Below are positions 24,090-38,320 of a stretch of DNA of 64,000 bases, one piece after another. This DNA is from Felis catus (taxonomy: Eukaryota): assembly GCF_018350175.1 (NCBI RefSeq), contig NC_058368.1:96536001-96600000 (forward strand), in the 5' to 3' direction. The notes under the pieces were generated by a model, which worked only from the letters and a program-made list of their open reading frames with translations, did no database searches and was not told the origin of the DNA. How positions within the stretch are numbered: position 1 is the first letter of the stretch; every line of letters starts with the position of its first letter. Position numbers and translations under genes: made by a program.

Positions 24090-27000
24090 GAGTTAACTGG
24101 ATTTGCCCCCCACTCTAAACAGCAACAGCCAACATGTGTGAAGCAAATGTCTGAAGACAGTATAAACAATGGGTAACATAGGTCTGTGATACTTGAGGAA
24201 AAGACAAGACACTAAGTGGATCTTCACAAGCATTTTTGTGTGCCACCAGGAAGCAGGGAGGCAGAGCTGAAATACACTATCAACTTATTGAGCTGAGGAA
24301 GCAGAAATCAGAGGTCACCGTTTTGATTTGGGGGAGATGGTAAACCAACCAGGAGGTCATGCCAATGAGGATCAATAGAAGAGCTCAGGAAATATGCCTG
24401 CCACATATCTTTCTGACCACTGAACTAAATATAAGTGTGGGAAATGCAAGAAAGCCCAACAAAAGTGAAAGCCAGGGGAGACTTGAGAACTTACAGAGAT
24501 TTTCCATATGTTCCTAAGCTCAAACATAGACTGGGTAGCAGAAAGGAAAAGCACTATGCACTAACGTGTCTGAGCCCAAATCAGTAGCTAAACTACACAG
24601 GCACAGCAGATATCTCTGGGAAGGCAGGACAAAAAATTGAACGGAGCTATCAGTATCTATATACCACTATGGGGAGGTAGAGTCTGCCAGTTAAGTCAAG
24701 GCAAGTTAGTGAAACAAACAACTTTCTGGAAGAAAATGCAAAAGAACCCAGAGCTGCTGCAGCATATTATTCACAGTGTCCAGTTCTCAATACAAAGTAA
24801 GAAACGTGACCCATATCCAAACTCAAAAAGCAAAGCGGTGCTTAGAAACCGGACTGATCTCTGCTTCCTCAGCTCAGCAGAACGACTTCGGATGAGAATT
24901 CAAAGCAGCTACTCTAAATATGTTCGAATAACAGGCTATCAGAGACTCCACAAATAGGGGATAAAACCGAAATTGAAATTATACGAAGAACCAAAGGAAA
25001 ATTGAAGAAATTAAAAGTATGATACCTGAGGTGGAAGTTTCACTAGATGGGCCCCATGATAGATTTGAGATGTCGGGAGCAAAAAAGAGTGAACATCAAT
25101 AAAAACCATTATAATTGTCCTATCCCCAAACGATGAAAGAAGCTTGAAAGCAACAAGAAAAAAAAAGCACCACACATCATATAAAGAGGAATGACAGTAT
25201 GATTATTGGATGACTTCTAAACAGAAACGTGGTAGACAAAAAGGTACAGATAATATACACAATGTTTTGTAAGAAGAAAAATATGAATCAAGAGTGATAT
25301 ATCTGGTGAAATTATCCTTTAAAAATAAAAGAAAACATTCCTAAAAGTACCTACTTATACATGTTTGTGTGTGTATGTATTTTCTTCTCCTCTGCTTTTA
25401 ATAATCTGTTTTTAATAAACATCTGAGTGTTTAAAGCCCAACTATAACACTATATTGTCCTGTTTATAACATATAGATGAGAGAGGAAATTGAGCTATAC
25501 TTTGGTGAAAAAGATTATTTTACTGGAATTAAATGAGTATTAATTTGAAGAAGGAAGAAATAATTTAAATACACATATTAAAATCCCTAGAGTAACAATT
25601 AAACTGTTAGTTTTTTAAAATATTAAAAATACTGTTAATTGTTAGAGATTAATGAGATATACTAATATTATTTAAAATATTTTAAAATGTTTCTAAGTTT
25701 AATTTATCTTTAGTTTTTAATAAAATGGTTCAATAAAATTTCTTTAAAACAAATTAAATAGAAGATAGATATGAGACAAGTAGGAAAAAAAAAAGCAACA
25801 TGGCAGATCTAGTCTGACCCATATCAATAATTACATTAAATGTGAAGTGATTAAACATTCAAATTAAAAGAGATTGTCAGTCTAGATTTGAAAAAAAAAG
25901 AACATCCAACCATATGCTATCTACAAGAGATGGACTTTAAACTCAAATACAAATTCAATTTAAATGCAATTATAATACAAATAGGTTGAAAGTAAAAGGA
26001 TAGAAGAAAACATGTGAAACAAACAACAACCAATGGAGAAGTGAAGTGGCAATCCCATAAAAACAAGAACTATTACTAGGTACAAAGAGGCCCATTTTAT
26101 AACGAGACACATACATTTGTATATATCATACATAAATGTATGATATATATATATGTATCTCGTTATAAAATTATATCTAGATAGATATCTCTAGAGATAT
26201 CTCTATATAGAGAGATATCTATCTATATACATAGAGAAAATAACACTCATAAATGTATATGCACCTACCAACAAAAGTCAAAACACAAGAAGTAAAACTT
26301 AAAGAATGAAAAAAGGGACAGACAATGCAATAATTAAAGCTAGTTCCAACATTTCTCTTTCAATAATTGATAGAACAAGTAGACAATCAGTAAGGATACA
26401 GAAGAGAATAATTCTATTTACCCAATATGACCTAGCTGACATGTACAGAGCACTCTACTCAACAATGACAGGATACAGTTTTTTCAATTATAAATAAAAA
26501 TGTAGGATATGTGAGGATACATCACACATTAGAATATAAAAAAGCCTCAATATATTTAAGAAAATTGCAATCATGTAAAGTATTTTTGTAACATACTAGC
26601 ATTTAATTAGACATTAAAAACAGAAGTCCTAAGAAATTCTAAAATATAGGAAATAAAGAAATGTGTTTCCAAGTAATCCATGATTCAAAGAAAAAAATTA
26701 CATACAGCCATTATGGAAAACAATGTGAAGCTTCCTCAAAAAATTCAAACAAGAGCTACCACACAATCCAGCTATCTCACTACTGGGTATATATCAAAAG
26801 GAAATGAAATCACTATCTTGAGGAACCATCTGCACTCTCTTGTTAATTCCAGCATCATTTGCAATAGCCAAGACGTGAAAACAATCTAAATTTTTATAGA
26901 TAAATTGATAAAGAATTTGTGGTACATGTATACAATGGAATATCACTCAGTCATGAAAAAGGAAGGAAATTCTCCCATTTGAAACAACATAGATAAATCT

Positions 27001-30000
27001 GAAGGACATTATACTAAGTGAAATAAACCAAAGAAATAAAAATTTATAGCATTATAATGGGTCAAAAGATTGAATACTATTAATATCACAATTTAAGGTA
27101 AATTGATAGAGTCAATGCAACTTCAAACTAAATTCTAGCAGGATCTTTTATAGAAATTAAAAAGCAGATTCTAAAATGGATATGGAAAACCAAAGTATCA
27201 AGAATAGCCAAAATGGGGCACCTGGTGGCTCAGTTGGAAGAGCGTCTGACTTCGGCTCAGATCATGATCTCACGGTTAGTGAGTTCGAGCTCCGCATCAG
27301 GCTCTGTGCTGACAGCTCAGAGGCTGGAGCCTGCTGCGGATTCTGTGTCTTCCTCTCTGTGTCCCTCCCGTGCTCATGCTCTGTCTCTCTCTGTCTCTCA
27401 ACAAAAATAAATGTTTTCAAAAAAAGTATAGCCAAAATAATTTTGAAAAAGGAAAGTGAGAGGATTTATACTACTGATGTCAAAACCATTATAAAGGCAC
27501 AGTTATCTAAACACTATGGTACTGGCTTAAGAACATATAAATGAATGGAAGGGAACAGTAAGTTCCTAGGTAGACCTACACATACATGATCCATAATTTT
27601 TATTTTTTTGTTTTTATATTTTTATTTTTTTGAGATGGAGTGAAAGAGAGAGAGTATGCATGAGTGGTGGAGGAACAGAAAGAGAGGGAAAGAGAGAGAA
27701 TCTTAAGCAGACTCCATGCTCAGCACAGAGTCCGAGGTGGGACTCAGTACACAAATGTGAGGTCATGACCTGAGCTGAAATCAAGAGTCAGAGTCAGACA
27801 CTTACCCGACTGAGCCACCCAGGCACCCCCAAGATCAGTTATTTTTAAAAGAGGAGCCAGGGTAATTCAATGAGAAACAATATTTTCAATAAATGGTGCC
27901 GGAACAACTAGATATTCATGCGCAAAAAACAGGCAAAGAAAACAAAACCTAACTTCAATTTTAACTTTAAAACACAACCAAAAATATCCTTAAAATGGAT
28001 CACAGACTTAGGTGTAAAGAATCCTTAGTGGAAAACTGTATGACTTAGTAAGGTGAAGACTTGTCAGATAGTAACAGGCTGTATGAACTTTTAAAATACT
28101 TGATGTATTTCTATTTTTTCAAAATTAGAAATTTTGTTCTTGAAAAGGCACTATTAACAAAATGAAGAGGTGGGCCACTGCCTGACTGTAAATATTTTCC
28201 AAAAATATATTCAAATGAGCAATTCTATCTATGAAGAGAACACATATGACTGAATAATAACAAGACCCATAGTACCATTAAAAATACACATATGATCTGA
28301 ATAGATACCTCACTAAAGAAGATACACAAAGAACAAAAAAAATATGAAAATATATTCAACAGCATGAGTCATTGGGCAGATGTTAATTAAAATCACAATG
28401 AGACATCACTATACCTTATGAGAATGGCCAAAATTAAAAACACTAACATCAAATGTTGGCAAAGATGATGAAAAACGGTTCCACCTATACAATGATGTTT
28501 CAAGGTAAGTGATGGAGTCACTATAGAAAATATTGAAGGATCTTTATTTAAAGTTAAACACCTAACATACAAGCCAGCAATTCCACTCCCAGGTACCTAC
28601 CCAAGATAAATGAAAACATATATATCTAAACATCGTTTTACAAGTGAGTATTCATGGCAGAAATACAAAGAATCATGAAAAACTGCAAGCAATCCAAATG
28701 TCCATCAGCCAGTAAAAAAGCTATGGTTCATCCAAACAATGGAATACTGCTCACCAATAGAAAATAATCAAAGACTGATGCACATAACAGCATGTAAGAA
28801 TCTCAAAATCATCATGTGAAGTAAAGGAATCAGACGTTAAAAACCATATAGGATATAATTCCATTTATTTTTTTTAATTTTTTAATGTTTTTATTTATTA
28901 TTGAGAGACAGAGAGACAGAGTGTGAGCAGGGGAGGGGTAGAGAGAGGGGGAGACACAGAATCTGAAGTAGGCTCCAGGCTCTGAACTGTTAGCACCGAG
29001 CCCGACACGGGGCTCGAACTCACCAACTGTGAGATCATGACCTGAGCCAAAGTCGGTGGCTTAACCGACTGAGCCACCCAGGTGCCCCGGATATAATTCC
29101 ATTTATATAAAACTTCTGGAAATCGCAAAATTATAGTGGTAGAAAACAAATCAGTGACATCAGGAGTGAGAGAAGGGGAGGATTGGGGCAGGAGGGAAGT
29201 TTTTATGTTGACTGGAATATTCCAAATCTGGATAGCTGCATTACTGTGTATACGTACTAAAATTTACTGTACACATGAAATGGATGATTTTTATGGTTCA
29301 AATTAAGCTTCAATGAAACTTTTAAAAAATTGATATGGAAGATAGTGATAATTATGATGGTGTCAACACTGAATAAGAGAGTTTCAAAATATAGGAAACA
29401 TACTGACAGGTGTTAATGGAGAAACAGACAAAACCACCATCATAACTGGAGGTATTAAAAAGTCTTCATAGGGGCGCCTGGGTGGCTCAGTCGTTAAGCT
29501 CCGACTTCAGCTCAGGTCACGATCTCGTGGTCCGCGAGTTCGAGTCCCATGTCGGGCTCTGGGCTGATGGCTCAGAGCCTGGAGCCTGCTTCCAATTCTG
29601 TGCCTCCCTCTCTCTCTGCCCCTCCCCCGTTCATGCTGTGTCTCTCTCTGTCTCAAAAATAAATAAACGTTAAAAAAAAAAGTCTTCATATTGATAGACC
29701 TGGTAGACCAAAAGATGAGTAAAAATATACAAGATTTCATGGTAATGTTGATTCCATAGTCTTTACATACACAAAAATTGAATTGTACACTCAGGAACTG
29801 TTTATTTCACTATATGATTTATCTTGGCAGTGGAAACCCGAACTGTCCAATAATGCAGTGGAAAGAGGCCCAAAATAACTGGACAAAATAATTAGTAAAT
29901 AGGGGAGTCAATGATAAAGTGCAACATGTCACAACATAGAAAGAGAACAGGGGAGCCTGGGTGGCTCAGTTGGTTGGGCGTCCGACTTCGGCTCAGGTCA

Positions 30001-30830
30001 TGATCTCACGTCTTAGTAGTTCAAGCTCCATGTCAGGCTCTGGGCTGACAGCTCAGAGCCTGGAGCCTGCTTCAGATTCTGTGTCTCCCTCTCTTTCTCA
30101 CCCTGACCCTCCCCGCTCATGTTTGTCTCTTTCTCCTTCAAGAAAAAATAAACTTCAAAGAAAACTTAAAAAAAAAAAAAAAAAAAAAAACAGAAGAGCA
30201 AATGAAACCTAGATAAGTACTTAAAATTTTCTGAGATGCTTTTGTAACAACCATAACACATCTATATAGTCTAAGTTATTCAGGCATTAACAAAATTTCT
30301 GTGACTGAAAATACTTATTTAGAAAAGGTTACTATGAAAGGTGCCGGATTTAACTCAAAAGCAACCCAAAACTTTGCTACTGCGAAAATACCAATTGATG
30401 CCAAAGGATAGACTGGAAAGTATTTGAATATAGCAAAGTACCAGTGTCTTTTTTTTTTAATGTTTTATTTTTGAGAGAGCACAAGGAAGGAAGGGACAGA
30501 GGGAAAGGGTGACAGGAGGTCTGAACAGGCTCTGCGCTGAGAGCAGCAAGCCCAACACGGGGCTCGAACTCACAAACCGCAAGATCATACCTGAGCCACA
30601 GTCAGACGTGCAATTGACTGAACCACCCAGGTGCCCCTCAGTATCTTCAATATGTAATGGACTCTTTAGAAAATCAAGGAAAAAAATCAACAACCCCAAT
30701 AAAAACTGGAAATAAGATGATACACAATCTCCAAAAGAAAAAAATATATATTGTGCAGTAAGCACATGAAAAGATATTCATCTCCAGAGTAATCAAACAA
30801 TAAAATTAGAATATTATTTCATGCCCCTGA
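24090..30830 (+). mobile_element. Large mosaic of old L1M (5'UTR/ORF1/ORF2/3'UTR remnants) with nested SINEs
   Basis: Degenerate ORF1-like 24900-25330, endonuclease-like 25800-26690, ORF2 3' 27050-28860. SINEs at 27215-27425(+), 27595-27830(-), 28865-29088(-), 29471-29680(+), 29949-30190(+), 30449-30638(-). Confidence 0.8.
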
Positions 30831-30835
30831 GATAA

Positions 30836-30960
30836 TGTTTTACATATATATATGTATGTATGTATATAACATTTATATTTATGTTTCTTTATATATTTAT
30901 AATTTTTTCATTTATATATTTATAAATTATATATTTATAATATATATATATATATATATT
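30836..30960. repeat. (TA)-rich low-complexity tract
   Basis: Direct reading. Confidence 0.9.
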
Positions 30961-31002
30961 CTTACCTACATTTTTTCAAGAAGTACATTTAAGTGGCTGG
31001 TA

Positions 31003-31480
31003 TGTCTGTCAGAGTTGTGGCAGGAAAATGACTGTGTACAGAAGCAGGATAATTGAAAGGGGTTGAACAGAGACTATTTAGAAAGGGTATCGGCAGAGCT
31101 TACGAAGACCAACACAGAAAAAACATCTCTACAATAGGAACAGCGGGAGCCACTGTCACATCTAGGCCAGTAGGAACAAGAGAAGTGAGCAGTTGCTAAA
31201 ATCCCCAGGGTAGAAGGAGGGCTATGTGACTCGGGCCAACCGCCAGGACCCATGCCCTTTATTCCACAGCCATTAGCCATCCAGCCAAAAGAAAGTGAAG
31301 GGAATAAGCACTTCACTTCACCTTCCTCCTTCCCACTGATCTCCAGTGGGTGCTACCTTTAGCTGAATTCAGAGGGAGGCCAGAGGGGAGAGGACATCCC
31401 ACGCAAATCAGACACCCAGGGCAAAAAGTGTGGAAAAAAAGGAGTGAGCAGACATAGATGGGCAAATATCCCATACCCTG
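31003..31480 (-). mobile_element. LTR33-like ERVL solo LTR
   Basis: gtcagagttgtggcaggaaaatgac...aggccagaggggagagg...agatgggcaaa matches recalled antisense LTR33. Confidence 0.65.
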
Positions 31481-31570
31481 CATAGGCACGCACTTGCAAG
31501 AAGTGGGGAGGGGTGGTATAGTTTTCAAAACCTGTCACAAGGTCATGTGATAATGCACATTAAGAGCCTC

Positions 31571-31800
31571 GGGGTGTCTGGGTGGCTCTGTCAGTTAAGC
31601 CTCTGACTATAGCTGAGGTCATGATCTCAGGGTTCCTGAGTTCAAGCTCTCATTGAGATCTGTGCTGATAGCTCAGAGCCTAGAGCCTGCTTTGAATTCT
31701 GTTATCTCCTACTCTCTCTGCCCCTCCTCCACTCACATTCTGTCTCTCTCTCCTGCTCCCTCTCTCTCAAAAATAAATAAGTATTAAAAATATTTCTTTA
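31571..31800 (+). mobile_element. SINEC
   Basis: Head, CT tract, A tail. Confidence 0.9.
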
Positions 31801-32005
31801 AAAAAAAAAGAGGTTAGAGTGGGAGAGAGCCACAGCATAAGAGACTCTTAAAAACTGAGAACAAACTGAGGGGTGACAGGGGGTGGGAGGGAGGGGAGAG
31901 TGGGTGATGGGTATTGAAGAGGGCATTTTTTGGGATGAGCACTGGGTGTTGTATGGAAACCAATTTGACAATAAATTTCATTAAAAAAAATAATCAATCA
32001 AAAAA
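31801..32005 (+). mobile_element. L1_Fc 3' end inserted at the SINE tail
   Basis: gggatgagcactgggtgttgtatggaaaccaatttgacaataaa; TSD aaaaatatttcttt. Confidence 0.88.
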
Positions 32006-32199
32006 ATATTTCTTTTAAATAAGAACCTCAAAGATATTATCTTTGGCTTAGTGTTTCTATTTCCAGGATCTTGTCTAAAGGAAAGAATGTGCATAACAAT
32101 CTCTATACAATTATACTTACTGAAGATTGATTATAAAATATTTGAAATAATATGTCAACATTAAGTAAAAACCACATTATTCAATGCTGTGCACATTCT

Positions 32200-32229
32200 T
32201 TTTTTTTTAATTTTTAATGTTTATTTATT

Positions 32230-32275
<46 letters not shown>

Positions 32276-32448
32276 TCAGAGTGTGAGCAGGAGAGGGGCA
32301 GAGAGAGAGGGAGACACAGATTCCAAAGCGCGCTCCAGGCTCTGAGCTGTCAGCACAGAGCCGGACGCGGGGCTCGAACTCACAAACTGTGAGATCGTGA
32401 CCTGAGCTGAAGTCAGACACTTAACGGGCTGAGCCGCCCAGGTACCCC
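32200..32448 (-). mobile_element. SINEC_Fc
   Basis: TSD aat(g/a)ct(g/a)tgcac. Confidence 0.93.
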
Positions 32449-33604
32449 AAATACTATGCACGTTCTATAGAAATTCTCCAATGACATGGAAAAATGTTTT
32501 CAAAAATAGTGAAATTTAAAAGGCAAGAAACAAAATTGTCTAATCAATATATAAGTATACCGTAGGGAGGAGTTATGACTATTCACTTCTGTATGTTCAG
32601 CATCTAAAATAGTACCTGGCATAACGCATACCTATGCAAACCTAAATGCACACGGAAATTTAAAGAACATGTTTAAAAATGTTAACAGTGCCTCTTTCTG
32701 GATGGTAGAGTCAAGAGGGTGATGTTTAATTGCTACATTATGCTTTTATTTTTTTAATTCTCTCTTTTTTTTTTAGGGTAAGTAAAAGGTCATTTAAAAA
32801 ATATTTTCTAATTTTTGAAGCATCTAAATAGGGACCCTAGAAAAGTCTCCAGGACCTTGTCAGGTCTGTTCTGCTTCATTTCTTTGAGGCCACTGCTACC
32901 ATCCGTGGGAAATCCCTGAGGGAAGTCCACAGATAAAGGTTAAAAGCTCAGGAAAAAATAAAAAATAAAAAATCCACCTCATCCTCCCACTGGCACTGGG
33001 AGCAAGAGTGGGATTTTTTTGCTCTTTTGGTAAAACTCATTTCACATGATTCCCAGGGCTGCATGGAGTCTTCTGTGATAAGAGTCTTAGCCTGGAGTCT
33101 TTTTTTTTTTTTCTGTAAAAAAGTGTAAAATAATTCATAAAAGATGGGAATGAACTACCTTTTAGCGCAGTTAAAGATTGTATTGGAACCATTATAAACA
33201 CTTTCAAGGATAAAGATTAAGAATTCTAAGGGCCATAAAAGCTAAGCCCAAGTTCTTCATTATTACAGATTTGGAAAATGAAGTTCAGGAACTTTCAGCA
33301 ATTTGCCCTATTCCGATGGTGCAGACAGGACAGGAAGTTCAGTCTGCTGAATGCTGGTTTAGTATATTTTTGGTATAGAAATACCAGTTTCCATAAAACA
33401 GTTCAAATTACCATGCATGTCAATCTTATTGGAACAAATGGATTATTTCATAGAAAAACTGAGTTGAATTAGCCATTTAGAATTATTTTGCTCAATGCAT
33501 ATACCCAATTCAAATTAACTGTTGTTTGTTTGTTTATATATTGCGGGTTTCCAACTGTTCTTGGGAGTTTTTAGTTCCTTTGAAGGACCCAACAGGTCAA
33601 TGAG

Positions 33605-34086
33605 GAAATTTATCAATCCAGGTACAACCAGGAGACAGAATACACTCAGTGACTTAAATAGGAGACCTTTTATATATTAAACTATGATTGTAGAGTAGTT
33701 GTAAGATGCAAAGAGGATGCTCAAGGGTACTGTATTAATAAGAGAGAATATCCAAGAAAAGAAAACTTGGAAAGGCGGTTCTGACTCCAAGGCTGAAGAC
33801 CAGCCGAAGTCACAGTTGCAGCCCAGTGGGTGGCAGAGGTCACTGGGATGCCCAAGCTCAGACCTGGACCACCATCAGCGGGCAAGCAGGAAGCAACCAC
33901 CATTACTGAGAACAGTGGAGTTACAGCCAGGGGGAGGAATTCAGTGCAGAGTAATAATGCAGCCTCTGTACCTGCAAGAGTAGCCCTTTCCTATTACAAT
34001 GTCCCTTCAGCACGTATCTCTACTGAGAGATCTTTACACTATAGTCACTTAAAAGCATAGTTTAAAGGAATCCATCTACTATTGTG
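33605..34086 (-). mobile_element. Ancient LTR-like element
   Basis: caatccaggtacaaccaggagacagaa start resembles antisense ERVL-type LTR ends; family not resolved. Confidence 0.4.
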
Positions 34087-35285
34087 GTGCCCTACCAGGT
34101 TTATTTGGAAGCCAAAAGCACTGAAAGACATTACAGAGGAAAAGACATAATAACCGAAGAAAATATTCTAGATGTTTTAAAATTAACATAATGAAATGTG
34201 ACCGGCATTTGCAAATTCTTACCATAGAACCGTTCCAACTAGTGGAGGAAAGAAGGCAATAAGAGGGCGTGCCCACAAAAAGAGCAGCTAACAAATGATT
34301 TGTTTGAAAAAAAAAAAAAAATAGAACTATTGTCATGTGACAAGTAAGTTAAGTACTTTAATGGAGTTGATAAATCCATAGAAATCAAACCACCGAAAAA
34401 GAAGGAATTATGTTTGAAGTTACGTAAGAAGAAATGTAATCATTTTCTGGTCCTTGGTTTAATGCTGAAGGATATTTATATAGTCATAGTAAACAGTGTT
34501 TTCAATGAAGACTGTTAGAATTCCATCAAATTAGTGGGGTGAGAGAAAAAAAAGGGCAGATATTGGGAGATAAACTCTATCAAATCAACCAGACGAAAGA
34601 TTTACTATATAATGCTAAAAAGAGAAAAATCAATAGTTGAGTAAGATTTTTCTTTGTTTTAGAAAAAAGGAAGCACATGCCAAATGCCATTAAGAAAGGG
34701 GTCAAGAGTTTCAAGTATTTCTGGGAAGCAGAATTCGAGGTACAAAAGGAAGTGCTGCTTTTCATCACAGTTCAGTTTTATTTTTAAATCAGGCACAGGC
34801 TTTCATTTGATGAGAATGAAATACACATATAACACGATTTCTACAAGGCAAGCATCATAGGATAAATAGAGAGAAAATATTCCAACATATTGACAGTGAT
34901 TGTTCCTGGGTAGAACAATACTGCATGGCTGTCAAGGGTGCCTTTATATTTTAATCTTTCAAAACTTTCTAAGATGAATATCATCAGAAAAACTGCAAGA
35001 TAGATAGGGCAAACTAAGGTTTAAGTGAAGTCATTAGATTCAGGAGAAAGTAAAGCATGGAATGAGAGCAGAAGTATCATGCCAGCAGGCGACCAGCTTT
35101 ATTAAGTGTCCATTGTGAGCCTAGCACTGGAGATAAAAAGCAAACAAACAAAAAAAGATAAAATTGTGTCCATTCTGATCAGGCCCTTAAAATTAAACAG
35201 AAGAAAAATAAATGTGGGAAATAAAATATAGATATTAGATGTTGTAATAATTTTTTTTAAAAAATGACAATTTAAAATCTTAGTT

Positions 35286-35719
35286 GGGGTACCTGGATGG
35301 CTCAGTTGGTTAAGTGGCCAACTCTTGGTTTCAGCTCAGATCATGGTCTCACAGTTTTCTGAGTTCAAGACCCGTGTCAGGCTCTGCATTGACAGTGCAG
35401 AGTCTGCCTGGGTTTCTCTCTGCCCCTCCCCTACTTGTGCTATGTCTCTCTCAAAATAAATACATAAACTTAAAAAAAAAAAAAGAAAAAGAAATTTCTA
35501 TTAGAAAGGAAGGAAGGAAGGAAGGAAGGAAGGAAGGAAGGAAGGAAGGAAGAGTGTCTGAATGGCTCAGTCAGTTAAGCATCCAACTCCAGCTCAGGTC
35601 ATGATCTCACAGTTAGTGAATTTGAGCCCCGTGTTGGGCTCTGTGCTGACAGCTGAGGGCTTGGAGCCTGCTTCAGATTCTGTTTCCCTCTCTCTCTGTC
35701 CCTCCCCTTCTCACACTCT

Positions 35720-35756
<37 letters not shown>

Positions 35757-35800
35757 ATAAATAAATAAATATTAAAAAAAAAATTTAAATAATAAAAATA
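35286..35800 (+). mobile_element. Two tandem SINECs separated by (GGAA)n (35505-35551)
   Basis: Heads at 35286 and ~35552; outer duplication aaaatcttagt. Confidence 0.9.
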
Positions 35801-35879
35801 AATAAATAAAATCTTAGTCAACAGGAAGTTTAAAGAGCTGTTACCCAAAAAGTTTAAAGAGCTGATACTTAAAAACCAA

Positions 35880-35914
<35 letters not shown>

Positions 35915-35999
35915 AATCTTAGTCAACAGGAAGTTTAAAGAGCTAATACTTGAAAATAAAAAATAATTCCTTCTCTTACTGCTGCTGCTACTATCAAAG

Positions 36000-36149
36000 A
36001 TAATTGGTTGTAAATAGCTTTCACATAAAATTATGAAGATTACTGTAAACTCCATAAGGATATTATACAGTTTACAAAATGCAGTATCCAATAGTACTTT
36101 TCCCTAAAGATACATCTTGTGGATTCTGAGGATTATCTTAATACCAGTA
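36000..36149 (+). pseudogene. Pseudo-exon: DNWL*IAFT*NYEDYCKLHKDIIQFTKCSIQ*YFSLKIHLVDSEDYLNTS
   Basis: Acceptor ttccttctcttactgctgctgctactatcaaag|A; donor GTA|gtaatg; 150 nt, phase 1-1. Confidence 0.55.
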
Positions 36150-36405
36150 GTAATGATGATCTTTCAGTCTTTTATAGCATTTACCACTTTCTTGAATTGG
36201 TTTCAAATATCAAGTCAAATATCAAATCTCTGTCATGTCTGTCTTTAATTCAGATGTGAATTAACCAACATGATAATTAAGTTTAAATGTCAGAGCCTCT
36301 TCCTTGCACGGGCCCCTCTTAGCAACATACTCTACATGCTTTTGTAGGGTTTGCAACAGAAGGACCCTTGAAACAAAGTTGGTTAAGACTTCTGGCTCTT
36401 TCCAT

Positions 36406-36840
36406 GGTATATATACCACATCTTCTTTATCTTGCCATTTGCAACAATGTGGATGAAGCTAGAGAGTATTATGCTAAGCGAAATAAGTCATTTAGAGAAA
36501 GATATCATAATGATTTCACTCATATGTGGAGTTTGAGAAACACAACAGATGAACATAGGAGAATGGAAGGAAAAATAAGATAAAAACAGAGAGGAAGACA
36601 AACCATAAGAGACTCTTACATACAGAGAATAAATTGAGGGTTGCTGGAGGGGAGGTGTGTGGGGGTGGATTAAATGGGTCATGGGCATTAAGGAGGACAC
36701 TTTTCAAGATGAGCACTGGGTATCATGTGTGAGAGATGAATCACTCGGCTCTACTCCGGAAGCCAAGACCACACTATATGTTAACTAACATGAATTTAAA
36801 TTAAAATACACAAACAAATAAATAAACATTAAAAACAAAA
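36406..36840 (+). mobile_element. 5'-truncated carnivore L1 3' end
   Basis: tcttgccatttgcaacaatgtggatgaagctagagag; TSD aagact(t/c)ctggctctttccat. Confidence 0.92.
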
Positions 36841-37136
36841 GACTCCTGGCTCTTTCCATTCCCTGCTACCCTCCAACACACTTCTCCATACATAGGATCA
36901 TATGTCAAGTGGCTATGAAATTTTTGAGCCTGGAACAACAGACTCTGATTTAGTTAGATCTATGCACAATGACTGCAGTCATGTCTATGTATACTTTACT
37001 TATCCCCAGACATCTTGTGGTAGGTATGGCTTTCAGGGAATTCTCACAGTTTACTGTATTAACCCTACTGCTATTAGGTTAGCACTAAACAAGGAAAGTG
37101 TGGGGGGGGGGGAGGGTAGAAGGAAAAAAGGTTTGA

Positions 37137-37262
37137 GGGGCCCTGGTTGGCTCAGTCACTTAAGCATATGAGTTCAGCTCAGGTGGTGATCTCACAGTTC
37201 ATGAGTTCGAGCCCTGCCATGGGCTCTGTGCTGACTCCTTGGAGCTTGGAGCCTGCTTCGGA

Positions 37263-37299
<37 letters not shown>

Positions 37300-37382
37300 T
37301 GACCCTCCCTTTCTCACACTCTGGTGCTCTCTCTCTCTCTCAAAAATAAACATTTAAAAACAAATAAATAAACAAAAAAAAG
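37137..37382 (+). mobile_element. SINEC with (TG)n
   Basis: TSD aaaaaaggtttga. Confidence 0.9.
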
Positions 37383-37884
37383 GTTTGAAATATGTAGCAT
37401 GAGAAGGTAGCCTCCAAAATCTTACATCTCATTAAAAAAAAAGAACGTTTTAAATAACTACCCCCCATATTTGGTAGCAATAGTACATTTACCTGACGTT
37501 ATAATAAGTTGTGAAACTAAAAAGAAATTTTAAGATTAGCAATGATGTAAAAACAAATTTCAATCAGAAGACTTAATTATCTCTACAGTTTCAGTAGAAA
37601 ATCCTATTACATCATAGGCTTTGAAATGAAATGGAAATCAAAGTTTGAAGCCAAAAATAAGTAGGAAAGAAAAAGCAATTAATTAAAATGTAATGATTTT
37701 CTGCTGGGGTTTGTAATTTTACTGGTTTTGCCTTTTTTTCACTTTAATTTGTTACATTTTATCATCCTAAGTAAATGTTTGCTTCCATATCCAATTTTAT
37801 ATTTTATTTTACTCTAAATTTTTCTACTTTGTGTAATATTGAGGCCTTATAAAACTAGTGACACTGGGTTTTTAATTATGATTT

Positions 37885-38094
37885 CTTTTTTTAAGTTCAT
37901 TCATTTATTTTGAGAGAAAAAACACGAATACAAGTGGGGGAAGGGCAGAGAGAGAGGGAGAGATAGAATCCCAACCAGCTCCACACCGTCAGTGCAGAGC
38001 AGGATGCCAGGCTAGAACTCACTAACTGTGAGATCATGACCTGAGCTGAAGTCAAGAGTCAGACACTTAACCAACTGAGCCACTCAGGTGCCCC
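37885..38094 (-). mobile_element. SINEC
   Basis: Antisense; ends ~45 bp before a pseudo-exon acceptor. Confidence 0.9.
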
Positions 38095-38137
38095 TTTAAT
38101 TTTTATTTGAAAGTATCTACCAGGCTGTGTTTTGCAG

Positions 38138-38320
38138 TTTCTATAAAACAAGCCTATACAGTTGATTCCAGCTCTGGATCACCATCATCTTCTTATGACA
38201 TTAAAGGCCTATTTTCCCTTTGTGCCCCATGTGAAATCAATTCAGAGTCTCACACAAGAGAAAATATTCGAGAAATTCAACAAAAATTGAGGTGACAAGT
38301 CAAAGGAAATGACACAATTG
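38138..38320 (+). pseudogene. Pseudo-exon: ISIKQAYTVDSSSGSPSSSYDIKGLFSLCAPCEINSESHTRENIREIQQKLR*QVKGNDTI
   Basis: Strong acceptor tgtgttttgcag|T and donor TTG|gtgaga; 183 nt, phase 1-1; one TGA at 38293-38295. Overlaps ORF 38107..38295. Confidence 0.75.
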
